Assembly: GCA_976226885.1 (NCBI GenBank)
Contig: OZ320319.1
Location: 43,834,001 to 43,898,000, forward strand
Source of the DNA: Iphione sp. A-MEVVRFRX5
Lineage: Eukaryota
DNA: 64,000 nt
Direction: 5' to 3'
Shown here: positions 25,681 to 39,420 of the stretch, in pieces
Numbering within the stretch: position 1 is the first letter of the stretch
How the letters are laid out: each line of letters opens with the position of its first letter
Position numbers and translations under genes: made by a program
The notes under the pieces: model-generated
The model's database searches: none
What the model was told of the DNA's origin: nothing
Seen by the model: the letters and a program-made list of their open reading frames with translations, nothing else

Positions 25681-25787
25681 CTACGACGACGACGAAGAGG
25701 ATCCAAGCGTAACGCCATCTGTGAGCAACCCGATCAACTGCAACTGCCCCCAAGACGAGGGAACGCCGCAACCGCCAACACACACTG
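25680..25787 (+). other. Probable non-coding first exon (5' UTR) of the CCK/sulfakinin gene
   Basis: Starts about 30 nt after TATA, has no ATG, and ends at the donor CTG|GTAGGT (25788). The next coding acceptor on this strand is at 43927, giving an intron of 18,140 bp. Confidence 0.6.
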
Positions 25788-27199
25788 GTAGGTGGTGCTC
25801 AGATCAAGTCAGACCAACCTACAAGTAGCCACATCTGACCCATAATTAGGCCTGTTATTATTAACAACTACCTACACCAACTACTGACCGCATTGTATTT
25901 ACCAACAGCTACACACAACTAGTACAATCCACAGCTTCTAATGTCTATACACACACATCTGGCAAATCTAACCGTGCTTACTCATAACTTCACTTACATA
26001 CCCACCTCAGCTAACAAATAATCACATCTTCATTTATCGTCCCACAGCACAAACGCACACCGACTTACTTTAAATTACATTAATACCCTTGCAGCAACCC
26101 CTATCCACCTAAAATAAACCTCCCTTCCCTCACGTGATGAGCGACTACCTTCGCCGTACCTAACGGTGAAACAACTACAGATATGCTACTGCGACTATTT
26201 ATACTCAGTCAAAATTAACCCAATCTACCAGAACTTCTTCTCACCGGCAGGAAGTACAGGGTTCCACAGAATGTAGTTGTTTCACGCGGATGCTGCAGTA
26301 GGCACCTTCAAAGGATTGAGGGTGATGAGAAAGGAAAAGGAAAGTGAGAGTTCTGGAAAATAGTGGAAAGTAAGAGATAGGAAGAGAAAATGGGGGAGAG
26401 AATGAAGAATGACAAAGAGTTCGACATTTTTTTTTTAAAAAAGGGACACCACGCACACAAATACACATAAGCCTAACTATTTGCCTGTTCATATTAGACC
26501 TGCTCACATGTGAACAACTTCTCGATCCTACTCTAATTTTTCCAGAGCTGCATATTCACCGATGGCTAGTAATCACTACGCAGTTACCATTGCTTCCTTA
26601 AATTATGTACAGCCATTAATGAAGACATACTGATATCTACTGAAAAATTACACACATTCCTGAACAAGTACCAAAGGACTCAACATATGCCAATATTAAC
26701 TTACCCTTACTCATAATTATCAAACATCACCCATACATACGATCATTATTTATAATTGCACGTCAGTACTTCTATTAACCAATGCCTACTGACAACTCTG
26801 ACGATTCAGGAAGTTATTTATGACAACAAGAAGACAATTTCACCAACAAATCACAACCAACTACACCTCTGCTCAGCTTGAAGTTCCCACAGCCAGTTAC
26901 ACATCATACCACACGAAACTCACTACTCAGTATCCGTCACACATACTCAGTGCCACTCATATTTACACATAACTACAACCATCTACGCATGTGTCACTGC
27001 GCACAACTGAGCTACTCAGTACTACCTGCATCAACATTAATACCTACCAATACCCACAACCAGTAAAATGTATTCGCCCAAAGTTTCTGAACACCTAAGT
27101 ATATACTAATTGTAATTTCGTAGTATACAATGTCAAAGAATACAGATCACAACCAAAGTCTGATTGAAAGTAGACTAGGTCTATTCGCTCTCCCCATTT

Positions 27200-28420
27200 G
27201 GAACGTAGTAGTATTTATGTCTTGGTGGAGAATTAAAATACATCGTTTTTTTTACCTCACACAAATCCTGCTTGTTAGTGTACAATGAATAGTTGTGTCT
27301 GTAGCCTATCCATGTATTGGTTACACTTTCTATAGGTTCCTTTGTTATTTTCATTTTATATGTTATTTAATCAATCATTTTCAAGTTAACCATAGGTTGT
27401 AATACGTTTAAAGCCATCAATGTATCGCCCAGCATACAGTTTCCATTCAGTCTCAAGTTTTGGTAGATATCCTCTAATTCCCGGATAAGCTCGGATTAGT
27501 CTATGCAATATTATTTTTTTCTTTTACCAGTAGTAGTTTGTGTTCTTTATGTAATTTCCTTATGGGGGTAAGTGTTGGAATATTTGTTAATCTTTTCAGT
27601 CTTATTTTGCATTACATCTAATTGTGTTCTATTTATATTTTTCTTACTTGTCTCCCTCAAATAATGTCAATATATTGGTAATGTAGTTGCCTTGTACACT
27701 TTAATTACCAGTTTGTTTGTTTCACATGTTCCCCCTAAAGAAGGGCTAATTGTAACCCATCAGAAATAAAAGGCAGCATAATGCCCCAAAGCAATGGAAT
27801 TTGCCTGGATTTGCTACCTACTGCTGGACCTTTGTCTTTGTTTTTTCAATAGTCAGACTCAGTTTGTTACTTTGTAAGCATTTGTCGACAGTATGAAGGT
27901 AGTGATTTATTTGATACTCCCTTTTGGGCCGTACCACTTAATAGTTTGGCTGTATCAGCAGCATTACATGGTAAGAAAGATCGTTTGTATAAATGTGAAA
28001 GAGAATAGGGCCTAGTACTGGTCCTTGTGGTACTTCATATTCATTTATTTACTGGCTTGAGACTTGATCATGTTTTCTTATTTGGTGTTGTCTGCAATGT
28101 AAATATCTTTTAACTAGAATTGATGCCGGTGATGAGAGACCATACATATGCAATTTTTAGATCAAGTTGCTATGGGGAATTGTCACAAAAGCTTTCTAAA
28201 AGTTCAGGGATGTTACGTTCAGAGTTTCCTTGTTAGCTAATCTTGGTTGAGAAACCTTGCCTGTATCCTCCTTATTTTCATAAAAAAAATATCCTTTTAT
28301 TCATAAGAGTGACCAGTTCTTTGTCTACTATTTTGCATAGCACTTTGTAATATACATCTAACATTGAAATTGGCCTGTGATTTATACTTGTTTAATCATT
28401 TCCGCGTGACAGTCAGATAG
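27200..28420 (-). mobile_element. Decayed LINE RT (I/Jockey/CR1 group)
   Basis: RPISMLDVYYKVLCKIV, a KAF.. segment, VPQGPVLGPILFHIYTNDL (about 27978-28035), and an AT-rich 3' tail. Confidence 0.8.
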
Positions 28421-28936
28421 ATATAATTATAATCATTGGATGTTGCAAATACATGTACTTGAAAGTCAGAAGTTGATAGACATCTAGCCATGGAACCGAT
28501 AAGATGCAGTTTTACATATGATCCTACGGAACACAAATCACAAATACCAATATCTATTGCTAGCGGGACAGTTTCCCAAAACTACTTCAAAGTACCACTT
28601 TGAACTGTCTGTTCTAACAATTAACCTGGATCATCAATAGTGTCACTTATCCTCTTCAGGTAGCATTAGGCACTACTAGGTATAAAACAGCCAAATATTA
28701 TTCCACCATTCATACCACTTCCCAGAAATAAATTCCAAACACTGGTCTACATATTAGGTTATCTTATAAATGTTATCGCACTTGTCAAGTGAGTAGGACA
28801 CATTAAATATTTAAAGCATGTTGGCCATCTTTAATGCTATGTGTGCCTATTTGAAGGAAGCGCTCAATATAACACATGCAATGAATGGGGAATGGGTTAA
28901 TTGTTTTGTATGCTACTGTCCTTTTCTCTATCGCAG

Positions 28937-29251
28937 ACCGTGGTGAGGAAGTGAGCCTGGGTCTTGGTCTGAGTCACCTACTATCGCCTGTCATTGTTAC
29001 AACACACACTGCAGATATTCTGTACAGATTTCTGTTATTTGGTCCTTGCCTTCTGTTTCCCGCAGGATGTGTTAGATATAACGTGAGTCCGAAAAATAAC
29101 AAGGTTGGGATTAGTAAGCGCAACCGAACTAATATCTAACCGAGCTCTTTCCATTACAGACTCATGGGGTGATGTATCTCACTTAAAGATGGTCTCATTG
29201 GGATGCTATAAAGGGCAAATCGACTGTCCTGAAGGTTTTTACCAGACGCAG
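28937..29251 (+). other. Cluster of three putative small exons (28937-28950, 29066-29082, 29160-29251)
   Basis: Each is preceded by a pyrimidine tract plus CAG (one with a CTAAC branch point) and followed by GTGAGC, GTGAGT or GTAGTA. An extra GTGAGT donor lies at 28789. Confidence 0.4.
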
Positions 29252-29689
29252 GTAGTAAAAACCTATACCGTTCACGTATATGGATAATACTGTTCATTTG
29301 TGCATGGTATGTGTGTTTAATTGTCTCTTCGGTATCCCATCATCACATACATTGTATATATTTGACATGTCAAGCATTTGCTGCTAGGTGCATTCCATAT
29401 TTACAGTGCTTACTTATATACATAATATAAACTATACATTAATAGTTACAAAATTAATTGTTAGAATTCGCATTTATACAAATCAACGATTTTTCGGTAT
29501 ATATTGCACAAAAACCTAGCAACTACATTCGAACGCCTATTTGAATTAGTCCCTCCGGTCCAAGCTCAAATGGGTCTGAAATTGATTTTTCGGGAGGTCA
29601 AGCCTGAAAATAACTCCCTTTCTCCCTCTCTCTCTCTCCCTACTAAGTAAATATATCTTTAATGTGCTGACCCTAATGAGTATAAATCC

Positions 29690-29830
29690 ATAAAGTGCGG
29701 AATTTAAGAAACAAAAGTCCAAAAAGTGCTAAATTTGATGAGTAAAAGTCTAAAAAGTGCTGAATTTGATCAGTAATCACCATGCAATTGCTGAATTTGA
29801 AGAGTATATGTCCAAAATTGCTGAATTTGA
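29690..29830. repeat. About 31-bp tandem repeat (AAAAGTGCTGAATTTGA core, about 5 units)
   Basis: Visible periodic motif. Confidence 0.8.
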
Positions 29831-31559
29831 CAAGTAGGCACCCTTAAAGTGCTTACTAAACATCTGGTGACACCTTCGACAATAAATATCCCTTAGCGTT
29901 TGAGCATGTCCGTAAATTCTTGAAGTCGGCATGACGTCACAGTGACTGATAAGCCTTGTAGCTTCAGTCACATATAGGTCAGGCTGCATGGGGTGGAGGT
30001 GAAAACAAGTGGAGTTCTCTCTTTGAACTATTATAATGTTTATGTCTATAATAATCAGTTGGCAATGATTTCAAAGGTAACAATGATATCATGATGAAGA
30101 TGCATGTAGAACTACCTTTAGATTAAGTACATATGCCAAAATTATTATTAGTTTGTTTTCACCAGGCCTTAGAGTTTATATTAGAATATGTAGGAACTCC
30201 CTGATTATCACCCACTCTTCACCTCTGCAGTATCTTTGCTAAATTAAAACTTTTAGAAGAGTATTTTAATCTATACACTAATGTGATCAGTTACATTAAG
30301 GGTTAACTTATACACTGTTCACAATGAAACCATATGATGTTTTTTAAATTTGTAAGAAATCAGCTCTGACAACTGATTGTTTACATGTTACTAGCTGAAA
30401 GTGCCCGGATTGCCGACTTCAAGAATGGTTGCATGGACATCTTAGTGGTTGCAGTGACACCTCTGGTTGCAAATAGACATTAAAATACAATAAAAACGAC
30501 CCTGGTATGTGTGATCGGATGGTGATTTTGGTCCGAAATTGATTTGGTCCGAAATTGATCTATTGTCATATTGATTACCTATAGGAAATCACTTGGTTCC
30601 TGGCTCAAACAGTAGGAATGGTTGATTTGATGGGAAATCAATGCGGTCAGAAACAGGTGTCTGACTGTATTACCTTACACAAGTTCCCGTTTGCATTAAG
30701 GTGTTTTTCACGTGTATCCATATTCTGCTATGCAAATGGATCGATTTGCATGTTTTAAGCCTCTCCTGTATGTTCCAATTAGCTTTTCACAATGCATGCA
30801 CACATAGGCTACACAAATGGATACGACAGTGTATCTCTCAACTCGTCAAAGACAGAATTTCTACAGATATGGATGCGTAGCTCATAGACCCCAACAGTAA
30901 AGGGCATGTGGTAGCCATATGAAAGTCAATAACATACGCAATCCACTAGGGGTAGCTACGCAAATAGATGTAACAGCGTAACTTTGGTACAGATATGTGA
31001 AAAGCCCTTTAGCACGGGTTTTAGGCTGCTTAGGTGCGCCGAGCCTTCGTTCATTAAAAAAATTCTTTAATGGTTGACGTCACCAGTTTTAGATGAGGTA
31101 TAAACCACGACCAGATTGATACAAAAACTCCCTCTCACCTTACAATTTTGCCTGTCCCCATCCCGCCAACACCCCCAACCTACGAATGTGGGGATGGGGG
31201 TAGGATAGTGTCCCTCCTGTCTGCCTCCTCAACAAGGTTAAGGTCATCCTCATCCTCCCTCATCGCCACGCCTACACTGAGATGTGCGGGGGTCAGAGTG
31301 AGGGGGTTGTGAGGATTAATGAGGCATGTTGGAATGCCTTATTAAACAGCCTGGAATGAACCCAGCATCCGCGGCCTTTCAACCCTGTCCCTCCGCCACC
31401 CATGCGCGTCACATCATTTCACCCTGTCGCCAAAACAGAATTCCGACAGAAAATTTCAAAGTTCTCCACAGTTGCCACGCCGATCTTTGTCCCTCTGACC
31501 AAAGGAATCCCACGTTGATCCGCATTCGGCCATGGACTAAGCAACTCCAATCGATAATT

Positions 31560-32560
31560 TAATGTCTTATTTATTAGATATATAAAACCTTTCTCAAATA
31601 GAAATCCTGTTAATTCTCTTATACATTTAATTCAATCCTTTCTAGTCCACAATCTGATTTTTATAACTATTAATTCAGGTTTTAGGGATAGTATTTATTT
31701 CTATGTTGGCTTGTTATACAGTTTTGAATTGGTTTATGCGACAGAGTAGATGTTTCTTATTTTATATATTTGTGACAAGGTCTATATATGTTATTTTCCA
31801 TTTCAAAATCAGGTAGTAGTTCTCATTTCTCTATAACCTCTTATTAGTATGTGCAATAGTGTGCTTTGGATTGGTGACATTAGATTGCAATGTTTGCCTA
31901 GTTCTTTAGTGAGTATTAATTTGTCTTTGTTTGACAGTTTCATAAATAATGTTTTTAGACTTACTTGGATTTTCCCAATACTTGCTTTATTAAGATACAC
32001 TCGAGAATATATCCATTTAGTTAGTTGTGGGAACAATTATCGCTTTGAATAGACAGTTACCTGTGTTGCCTATTCCTGTTATTAGGGTCCGTCCAAATAT
32101 TCCTTCAAGCCCCGCCTCGCCTCTTGTTCCCCCGTAACCTTATAATGTAGTTGTAAGTCATTGAAGGCTTGTGAGGAATGCTTGGGGTTGTATGGGCCCA
32201 TAACTGGTGGAAACGGTTGGCGCAGACTGAATATAGGTTGGTGGAGGCCAGTAAAATTTAGTCAAGAATTGATGTAGTCAGTGGAGACATTAGGTGTCTA
32301 ATGGAAGGAGATGGAGGTTTGTAAGGGATTGTGAGAATGCAGAAGGATAGGTCAGGTTGATCAGGCCTGATGAAGGTTGGCGGAGGCGGTACTGGTGCAA
32401 GTTAGTTAGTCTGGCGGCACCTTATAATGGAGATGAACAGAGTTGGTGCGAAAAGCCAGCGGACTGCAGGGAAGGATGTTGGAAGCTGGTGAAGATGTGT
32501 GTAAGTCGAAAAAGAGTAGTTAAGTCTGTCAAGGTAGGTGGATGTTGATGAATACTGCTG
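31560..32560 (-). mobile_element. Decayed LINE remnant (endonuclease-like part joined to a 3' RT tail)
   Basis: C/A-rich minus strand with an endonuclease-like pattern at 32150-32560, and a 3' region resembling the 27200-27700 tail. Confidence 0.45.
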
Positions 32561-35500
32561 GCTACTGGGTTGAGTTTGGCAGAAGTTGGTGAGGGTTAGT
32601 GTGACAATTTACGCCTTGCACCGGTTGACGGAGATTAACGGAAGCCGACAGGGTCCCGTAGACCTAAACAACATATCAAGCTACCACACCCTGCTCCTGT
32701 TCCTTCCCCTGCTCTTTCTCCTCCCACCGTGACTCCCCCATTAAAAGAGGCTCATCGGTGAACGTCTGAGGCATGGACGACATGGCGCCTCGTAACCCGC
32801 CACCACGTGATCTACACCGCCATCTGGGGGTTGACTTTACGACCTGCCCCCTGACATCATGGCCAACATGTATAATATATGAAGGGTCATTGCCTTGTCA
32901 CCGACAAGGACCTACACAGATACCAGTTGTGGTGACAGAAATAGGGGCAGCGTCCGGTAAGGCCAAGGCGTAGAAAATGAGGTGAGATTGTGGTTAACTT
33001 ACAGACATGGACAACGTGTGGGGATGGGAAGGTATAAGGTGTGTCAAAATTGTGGTAACCTATGAAGAGATGTGATGTTAAAGAGAAAGGAGGTAAGACG
33101 CAAGACTGTAAGTTGCTAATTCCAAATTCTATGTTCGTTTCTGTATTAGTAAAGTTATCATTCTTTACAGCCAGAATATATTCAGCAACTTCCCAACCAA
33201 TGTAAGGTCTTTGCTTACTTATAAACTGTCCATGCCTACAGTGTCTTGTACACGTAATGTATGTCCACATCTTTATGCGTATACACGTATCTTCATATGT
33301 GAGCCCCTACATGTGGGCACGTCCTCCCTTTGCATGTGCGATCGTCCTCTTAATAAATGCTATATCCATATATATATTTGTTTCCCTGTCTTCATCGACG
33401 TCTTAGTAGCACTCTTAAACCTACATCACTTTGGACCTATCAGTTAAATAGAAAGGTATTGGATGATAACATGAAAAAATCACTGCGTACAACATTGTGT
33501 GCACATCAGTGGGGGTATGAGTCTGTTACTTATGTTTGTGTATATTTGTCTTGTATTTCTGTTGGGTATTGTCCATCCTGTCTTTATGAACCAAGGCGTG
33601 AATATACGTGGCTCACTGTTCTGCCTCTCTGGCCCAATTCATACTGATGTGTGCCAGTCTGTATGCATGTATACTTACGTGAGGACCTCTTTGTAATCCC
33701 CATGTCATCATGCCTACGTCAATTACATGCACACCTTTGTCTGCGTGTAATTATATGCATGGCCGTCTGTGCTTGTGTCTCTTTAAGCCATCCGTCTGTG
33801 GCTATCCACACTTTTGTGTGTATTTCACTGTGGTTATGCCTCTGTCTATCGCACTACGTTTGTAGGTGTCTGGGTTCCTTTGTGCCGTCTGTGTGTGGCC
33901 ACCCTTGGACCTCTTTCTTTACGACTAGAATGAAACCACTTGACTCCCTCTACTTCCAGAGGGCACTAACTGCCCTGCCCGTCGCAAGGGCGCCGCCTCA
34001 TTAACTGCCCACTCTCAAGGGGGCAGTAGTGGTCACATAGCGTCCGTGATGAAGGGATGGTTGCGCCTGGACGGGATCATAGGTGGCTCTGTCTGTGTCT
34101 ATGTGGAAGCGGTTGTCTATTTGTGTTAGGAGATGAAAGCTAACCCACACCCCATATTTAACACATCCCTTACCCAACAATAAATCATCACAGCACACAC
34201 ACACGCCACCACCACCACCATCACCATCACCACCAACATACACACCACATTCACCATATCCCACACTGGATATACCCGATACTTGACATCCCCCAGTTTA
34301 TTTCTTTTGAAACTTTACTTCCCGAATATCCAACACACTCAAACTCAAACTCCCATACCGAGAACAATAGCTCACTCACCAGACGCCACTCCTTCCCGAT
34401 ATAGGGCTTTCACCTTCCTATAACCCACATTTAGCATAGCACTCACCAAAGTGAAGCACACCGCCCACACTCCATGATCGCCACCTTCCTTCCTTGACTC
34501 TCCGCATCCAATATTTTTCATGCAACATCATCCCCCACACAATCCTCCTTCCTCTCAGTCCATTAATACTTTCCCCGCACCTTATTGCATCTCTATTCGT
34601 CGGAATCGTAGAGTGGTTTTGGCGAGAAGGACCCTGGACCGTTTTCCTCTACCCATCTCGAGGGCCTACTCTCAGGAAACAACACCTCCTCCCCCACCCC
34701 CGAATATATATGGGGGCTGAGAGAGGGGCCACTCATCACAGCGAAGGCAATATCACCTGGGGGAGGGAGTTAATTTCATATTTCTGGAATCTACACCACA
34801 GTGTCCACGATATTTGTATTACTTTTGATCTATACCTAACTGTCTCTGTCCCGCATACCTGCCAGCCGCAATTATGTAGATGTATATGTACTCCCTCTAC
34901 CGGTCCTACGCCAATCTTCGCGTACACACATGCACCTGTCTCTGTCTCACACCCCTGCATTTCCCTTTCTTCAGTTTCTCCCAGTATAGACCTCCGCCAT
35001 CCCTTCCTTCTTGAGTGTCTCTACTCAGACCGCTCCTTGACCGTCCGAAAGCCACGCACTCGGTCCTAGTCGGCCCCTCTTGGACTCTCTGCAACACTCA
35101 CTCCCTCATTATGACGTCAGTAAAGCTCGTGTAAACCTTGACGGTCACGAGAATACACGAGAGACTTGCAAACACAGGCGTCGTCCTCCGCTCTTGGTGG
35201 ATGGGAGGGGGAGATGACCACGTAGTAGAGTGGAGAAGGAGCGGGAGGAGGAAGGGGAGTTGGAATTGGCTGTGTTATGGAACAAAGACTGAGGTATGAG
35301 GATCGGCCACTGAAGGGGGTAGAACGTTGAGAACTAGGGCCTGAAGATGGAGAACTACGGTCTGAAACTGGAGGAATGACAACTTAGATTTTAGCACTGG
35401 GGTCTGCACTGATGCCTAACAAACTGTATGCGTCTGAGCATTGAAATCTGAGGTGAAACCAAGTCCGTGTGTCTGTTCATATACTGGTATGTTGTACATT

Positions 35501-36208
35501 AAAACGTCAACAAAAAGAAGACGGGTAGTCCATCCAGTACCCTACATGTTGTACATTGATGTTAATAAAACATTACTTGTCCATCCCTGTCTATTTTCTT
35601 TTTAGGAAAAAACCTATTTCTGCTCATTTCGTATGTGGTGAAGACATTTGGTTAGCAGGCATATGTGAAGATAACGGTTTACCACGCATTACCCTCTCAG
35701 AAAGAGATACACGTGCACATATTTCAATTGCACGCTTTGAATTGTCGACGTCGACACATGCATGCACCATGTATTCAAGGGTGCGTTTTCAGCAAAATAC
35801 ATGTAAATATGCAAAATACATGCAAATTATGGCCAAAAACGGAAATTGATGCAATTTAGCTGAAAATGGTGAAATTCAAAAATTCTGACATTCATGCAAA
35901 TTTAGCCGTTCTAACACTCGCGCCGTGACGTTTCCTATAGAGCGCAGTGGACACAAGCAGGGCATGAGTCTCAGGACCCAAAAATGTTCCAACATATCAG
36001 AATTGTAAAAATAGAGTTTTGATGCATATTTTTCATTAATTTTAAGCATAAAGTGGTTACATTTTCTTAGATTGTTGTTTTGATTACAGATGAGATCCTT
36101 AACTGATACCTGCTGTATTTAGTTGGTATTTTCATATTTATCAGGATATTCATCTTTCATGCCTAAAACAATAAAATCATCCAGATTATTATTCTCGTCG
36201 TTAGAACT

Positions 36209-36313
36209 GCGGTTAAGTGCATTTTCTGAATGTTGTTCCCAGGACTAAACCTATCGGCCCTCAACATCGGGGTTTAGTCCTGGGAACAACATTCAGAAAA
36301 CGCACTTAACCGC
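36209..36313. repeat. Near-perfect 43-bp inverted repeat (foldback element) with a 19-nt loop
   Basis: GCGGTTAAGTGCATTTTCTGAATGTTGTTCCCAGGACTAAACC versus the reverse complement of 36271-36313: 42/43 identical. Confidence 0.95.
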
Positions 36314-38829
36314 TATGACAAATGCCACAACCAGTAAACAGATGTATGGAAATGTGCAGAATTGTGCAGAATTATGTGGAATTATTTAGTTCTTTTTACA
36401 GAAAACATGGATAACAAGACTTATTCACTCTCACTGTTCATATACTTCTCACGAAAACAGGGCTGTGAGGCCATGAAAATAACACGCCCATGTTGCTGTG
36501 TTTCCACAGCCATGCTTATATGCCCCTAAGGTACACTGTGTTGGTGGGAAGTATAGTCCTAAAATATTAGCCGGAAACACACCAGCATGTCCATTAAAAC
36601 ATGTGTATAATGAAATTCAGCCTAATCCCCCATCAAAGTGCATAAAACAACAACTGAATGCTAGACATGCATAGGAAGTTCATTGTGAAAGCAAATAATA
36701 GATGTGATGAGAGATATTGCAGTTATATCGGACTCCAACATATTGTCATTGATGAGAGGAAAGGAGTAAAGGGTTTGTACGTGATATGGATAAAAGTAGA
36801 TTCTGAGTCCTTCGTGAATTTTGTCCTAACTATATCGGAATACAGGTAAAATCTCTGTATTGTGTGACTTTTGCATCACTATCTGTGCACTGTCAACCCA
36901 CTTTTTCTATGCATATACCATACATTTATTTCACAGCCATATGATAAGGCCCCTTTCTTATACTTCTTTGCCTGTGCAGTATACACGGCCCTAAAGCTCT
37001 CAACATGCACGGTGACATCGCAGTCACATGCCAGTCTATATTTCTGTCTCATCTAACCTATTATTATTTCTCTAGTCATGGTTAGGTCCATCACTGACTG
37101 TGGGTCTGAGTATGTAATGTTACAGCCTTCCCCCTTCCAGAAGAGACACGATTTGCAGCAGATAGTGACATGTGCATAAAGAAACCCCTTGTTTCAATCT
37201 GTTGCATGACACACCGTAATATATACATGTATACATGTATATATGTACCGGAGGTGATCCACTTTTATATACTTACTTGGTCGTGATGCTACATCTGCTA
37301 GCATTTGTCACTTCGCAAAATGGGTTGCTGTTTAATGAGAAAAATGAGATGTTTAATAAGACAGAATTCCCATCTCTGCCTCACCGTCTTATTGGAGTAC
37401 CAATCTGTAACGTCTACGTGCACCTATATGCCCCTCTCTCAGATAGGTACTGCCAGCGACATTGTGGTTCTCGACCCTGTCTTAAATTGTACTTTGCATC
37501 CCCTAATCCAGGTAGCCCTGCCTTGCTTGCACTCATCCGGTGTATGTATGTCTGTGTGTGTGTGTTGTGGGGAGGGGTATGTGTGTTTGTGCGTGTGTTG
37601 CATGGATATGAGCGAGATTAAAGGGGGGCAGGCTATCGCTGACTGGGGGTAGTTGAGGAGTTGGTTCCTGTGATGCCAGTGCCCGATGAATATTCGCCGT
37701 TTGTTGCCGGAAGAGAACAATTAACCGCGTGTAAATAAAAGCGAAGGCTGCGTCAATTCCAACAGCCGGCGGCCGGGAGATTGGACTGTGTGTTTGTGTG
37801 TGTATGTGTGTTTGTGTGTGTGTCGGGAAAGGCGAGGAGCGTTATCGAAGGAGTGCGGAAGGCCTGGGGCATGGGGAGGGGAGGAGGTTTGCCACGGGGG
37901 AAGGGGTTGGGGGAAGGTCTTTGAGACGGAGCGGGAAAGCATCTGCTTGAGCTGTCCTCCGTCCCATCGACCGCCTACCTGGCGGCACTCCGCCCAGAGA
38001 CCCGCCTTTTATCAGTGTCTTGCCGGCGTCTTAGCGGCGTCTGTCCGGACCATGACATTGATCCGACCCGCTTTGATATGAAAGGTAAATGGCAGAGACT
38101 CCCAGCCGCCGCCCCAAGACGTACCCCTCCCTCGCCCTCCCTCCCCCAGCCACTGTCTTTTCCCTGTACTACACCCTCCTATCTTTCCTACAGGTCCCTT
38201 AGTTCTGTCCATTACCGGGTATTTCTTTCTTTGCCTCTCTCTCTCTCCCTTCTATCTGTCTGTCCGTCTGTCTCTCACTCTGTCTCTCTTTCCCCTGTAG
38301 AATATATGTCCAGATTTTCCTTCGCATATCCAGTGTCTTGCTGCAGCTCCCCTCATGAATGTCCTCTTCCGTGTTTGCTGTCTTCTCCCGTCTCATTGTT
38401 GGTGTTTTGTGTGTCATTCGGTCTTCAATCCTTTTGTTTCGCTTTTACCCTTCAGTGTCGTGTCTGTGCCTTCTGTTCACCCTTCAGCTGTTGCCCTCCG
38501 TCTCTCGATTAGTGATTCCTGTCCTCCCCATTCTGTCCTCTATTGAAGAATACTGCCGGCTCTCACTTTCTCTTCGGGATAAGTTTACTAATACGTTAGG
38601 GATAGGTTCAGAAATAAGCCAAAAATACGGTTGTGGAGATGGTTAGGTAAAGGACGAAGCCTACGATTAGCAAGACAGCTCGGGGTGAGCATAAGAACGG
38701 GATTAGGATTCAAGTTTTGGTCAGGGATTGGAGGGAGTTAAGATTGGCAAAAGCATACATGACAGCTGAAGACAGAGTTACCCAAGATTTCTTACTTTAT
38801 TTGTATTACAAGCGCTTTTATTAAATGTC

Positions 38830-39420
38830 ATGAACTGGCTTGAGTATGGATGGTCTAGTTTACCATCAATGCAAGTGAGGTGTATAGAAATTACCATACA
38901 AGTGAGGTGTATTAAAAAGTCGAATAAAACTAAGGAGGATACTAGGTCTGCAGCATTGAATATTGCTGGCCAGGACGATGATTATGCCACAAATCGAATA
39001 TGGAATTATTGCAGTACTAAAGACTAATGGAGAAGCTTTCATGCGTTCATGACTTTATAAGAAAGTAGCGAGAATTACAGTATAGCCCGAGGGCTAGGAT
39101 CACAGGAAAGCCTATCATTATGCAAGTGCCAAGATCTGAAGAAAAGACGTGATTATGCGATTCTCGTTTACATGTGTGATATTAAGAGGAAAGGGAAGAG
39201 ATTGATTAACCCAGAAGGGACAACGAGAAGGAAACAGAAATATCACTTTCCTAGGCCAAGAATAAACCGTGAAAACTTTAGGTTTTCACCAGAGTACATC
39301 GATGGCAGGTTATGGGATCGTCTTCTTCCAGGCGTGGAGAAGATGACAAAACAACGATTCAAAGCATTAAAACAAATCATACATTCTCTTAGAATGTGAA
39401 ATAGATACAATTTTCAATAT
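38830..39420 (+). mobile_element. LINE 3' fragment related to the 16463-17191 element
   Basis: QESLSLCKCQDLKKRR and NPEGTTRRKQKYHF..FRFSPEYIDGRLWDRL align with QESLEKAKCLSLEKRR and DPQGNTRGTRKYRF..YKASPEFIGSLSMDKL. Confidence 0.7.

Noticed and set aside
25445-25828. 127-aa ORF over the promoter region
   Set aside because: It is a translation of the CT-rich tract and promoter motifs, and no domain is recognisable.
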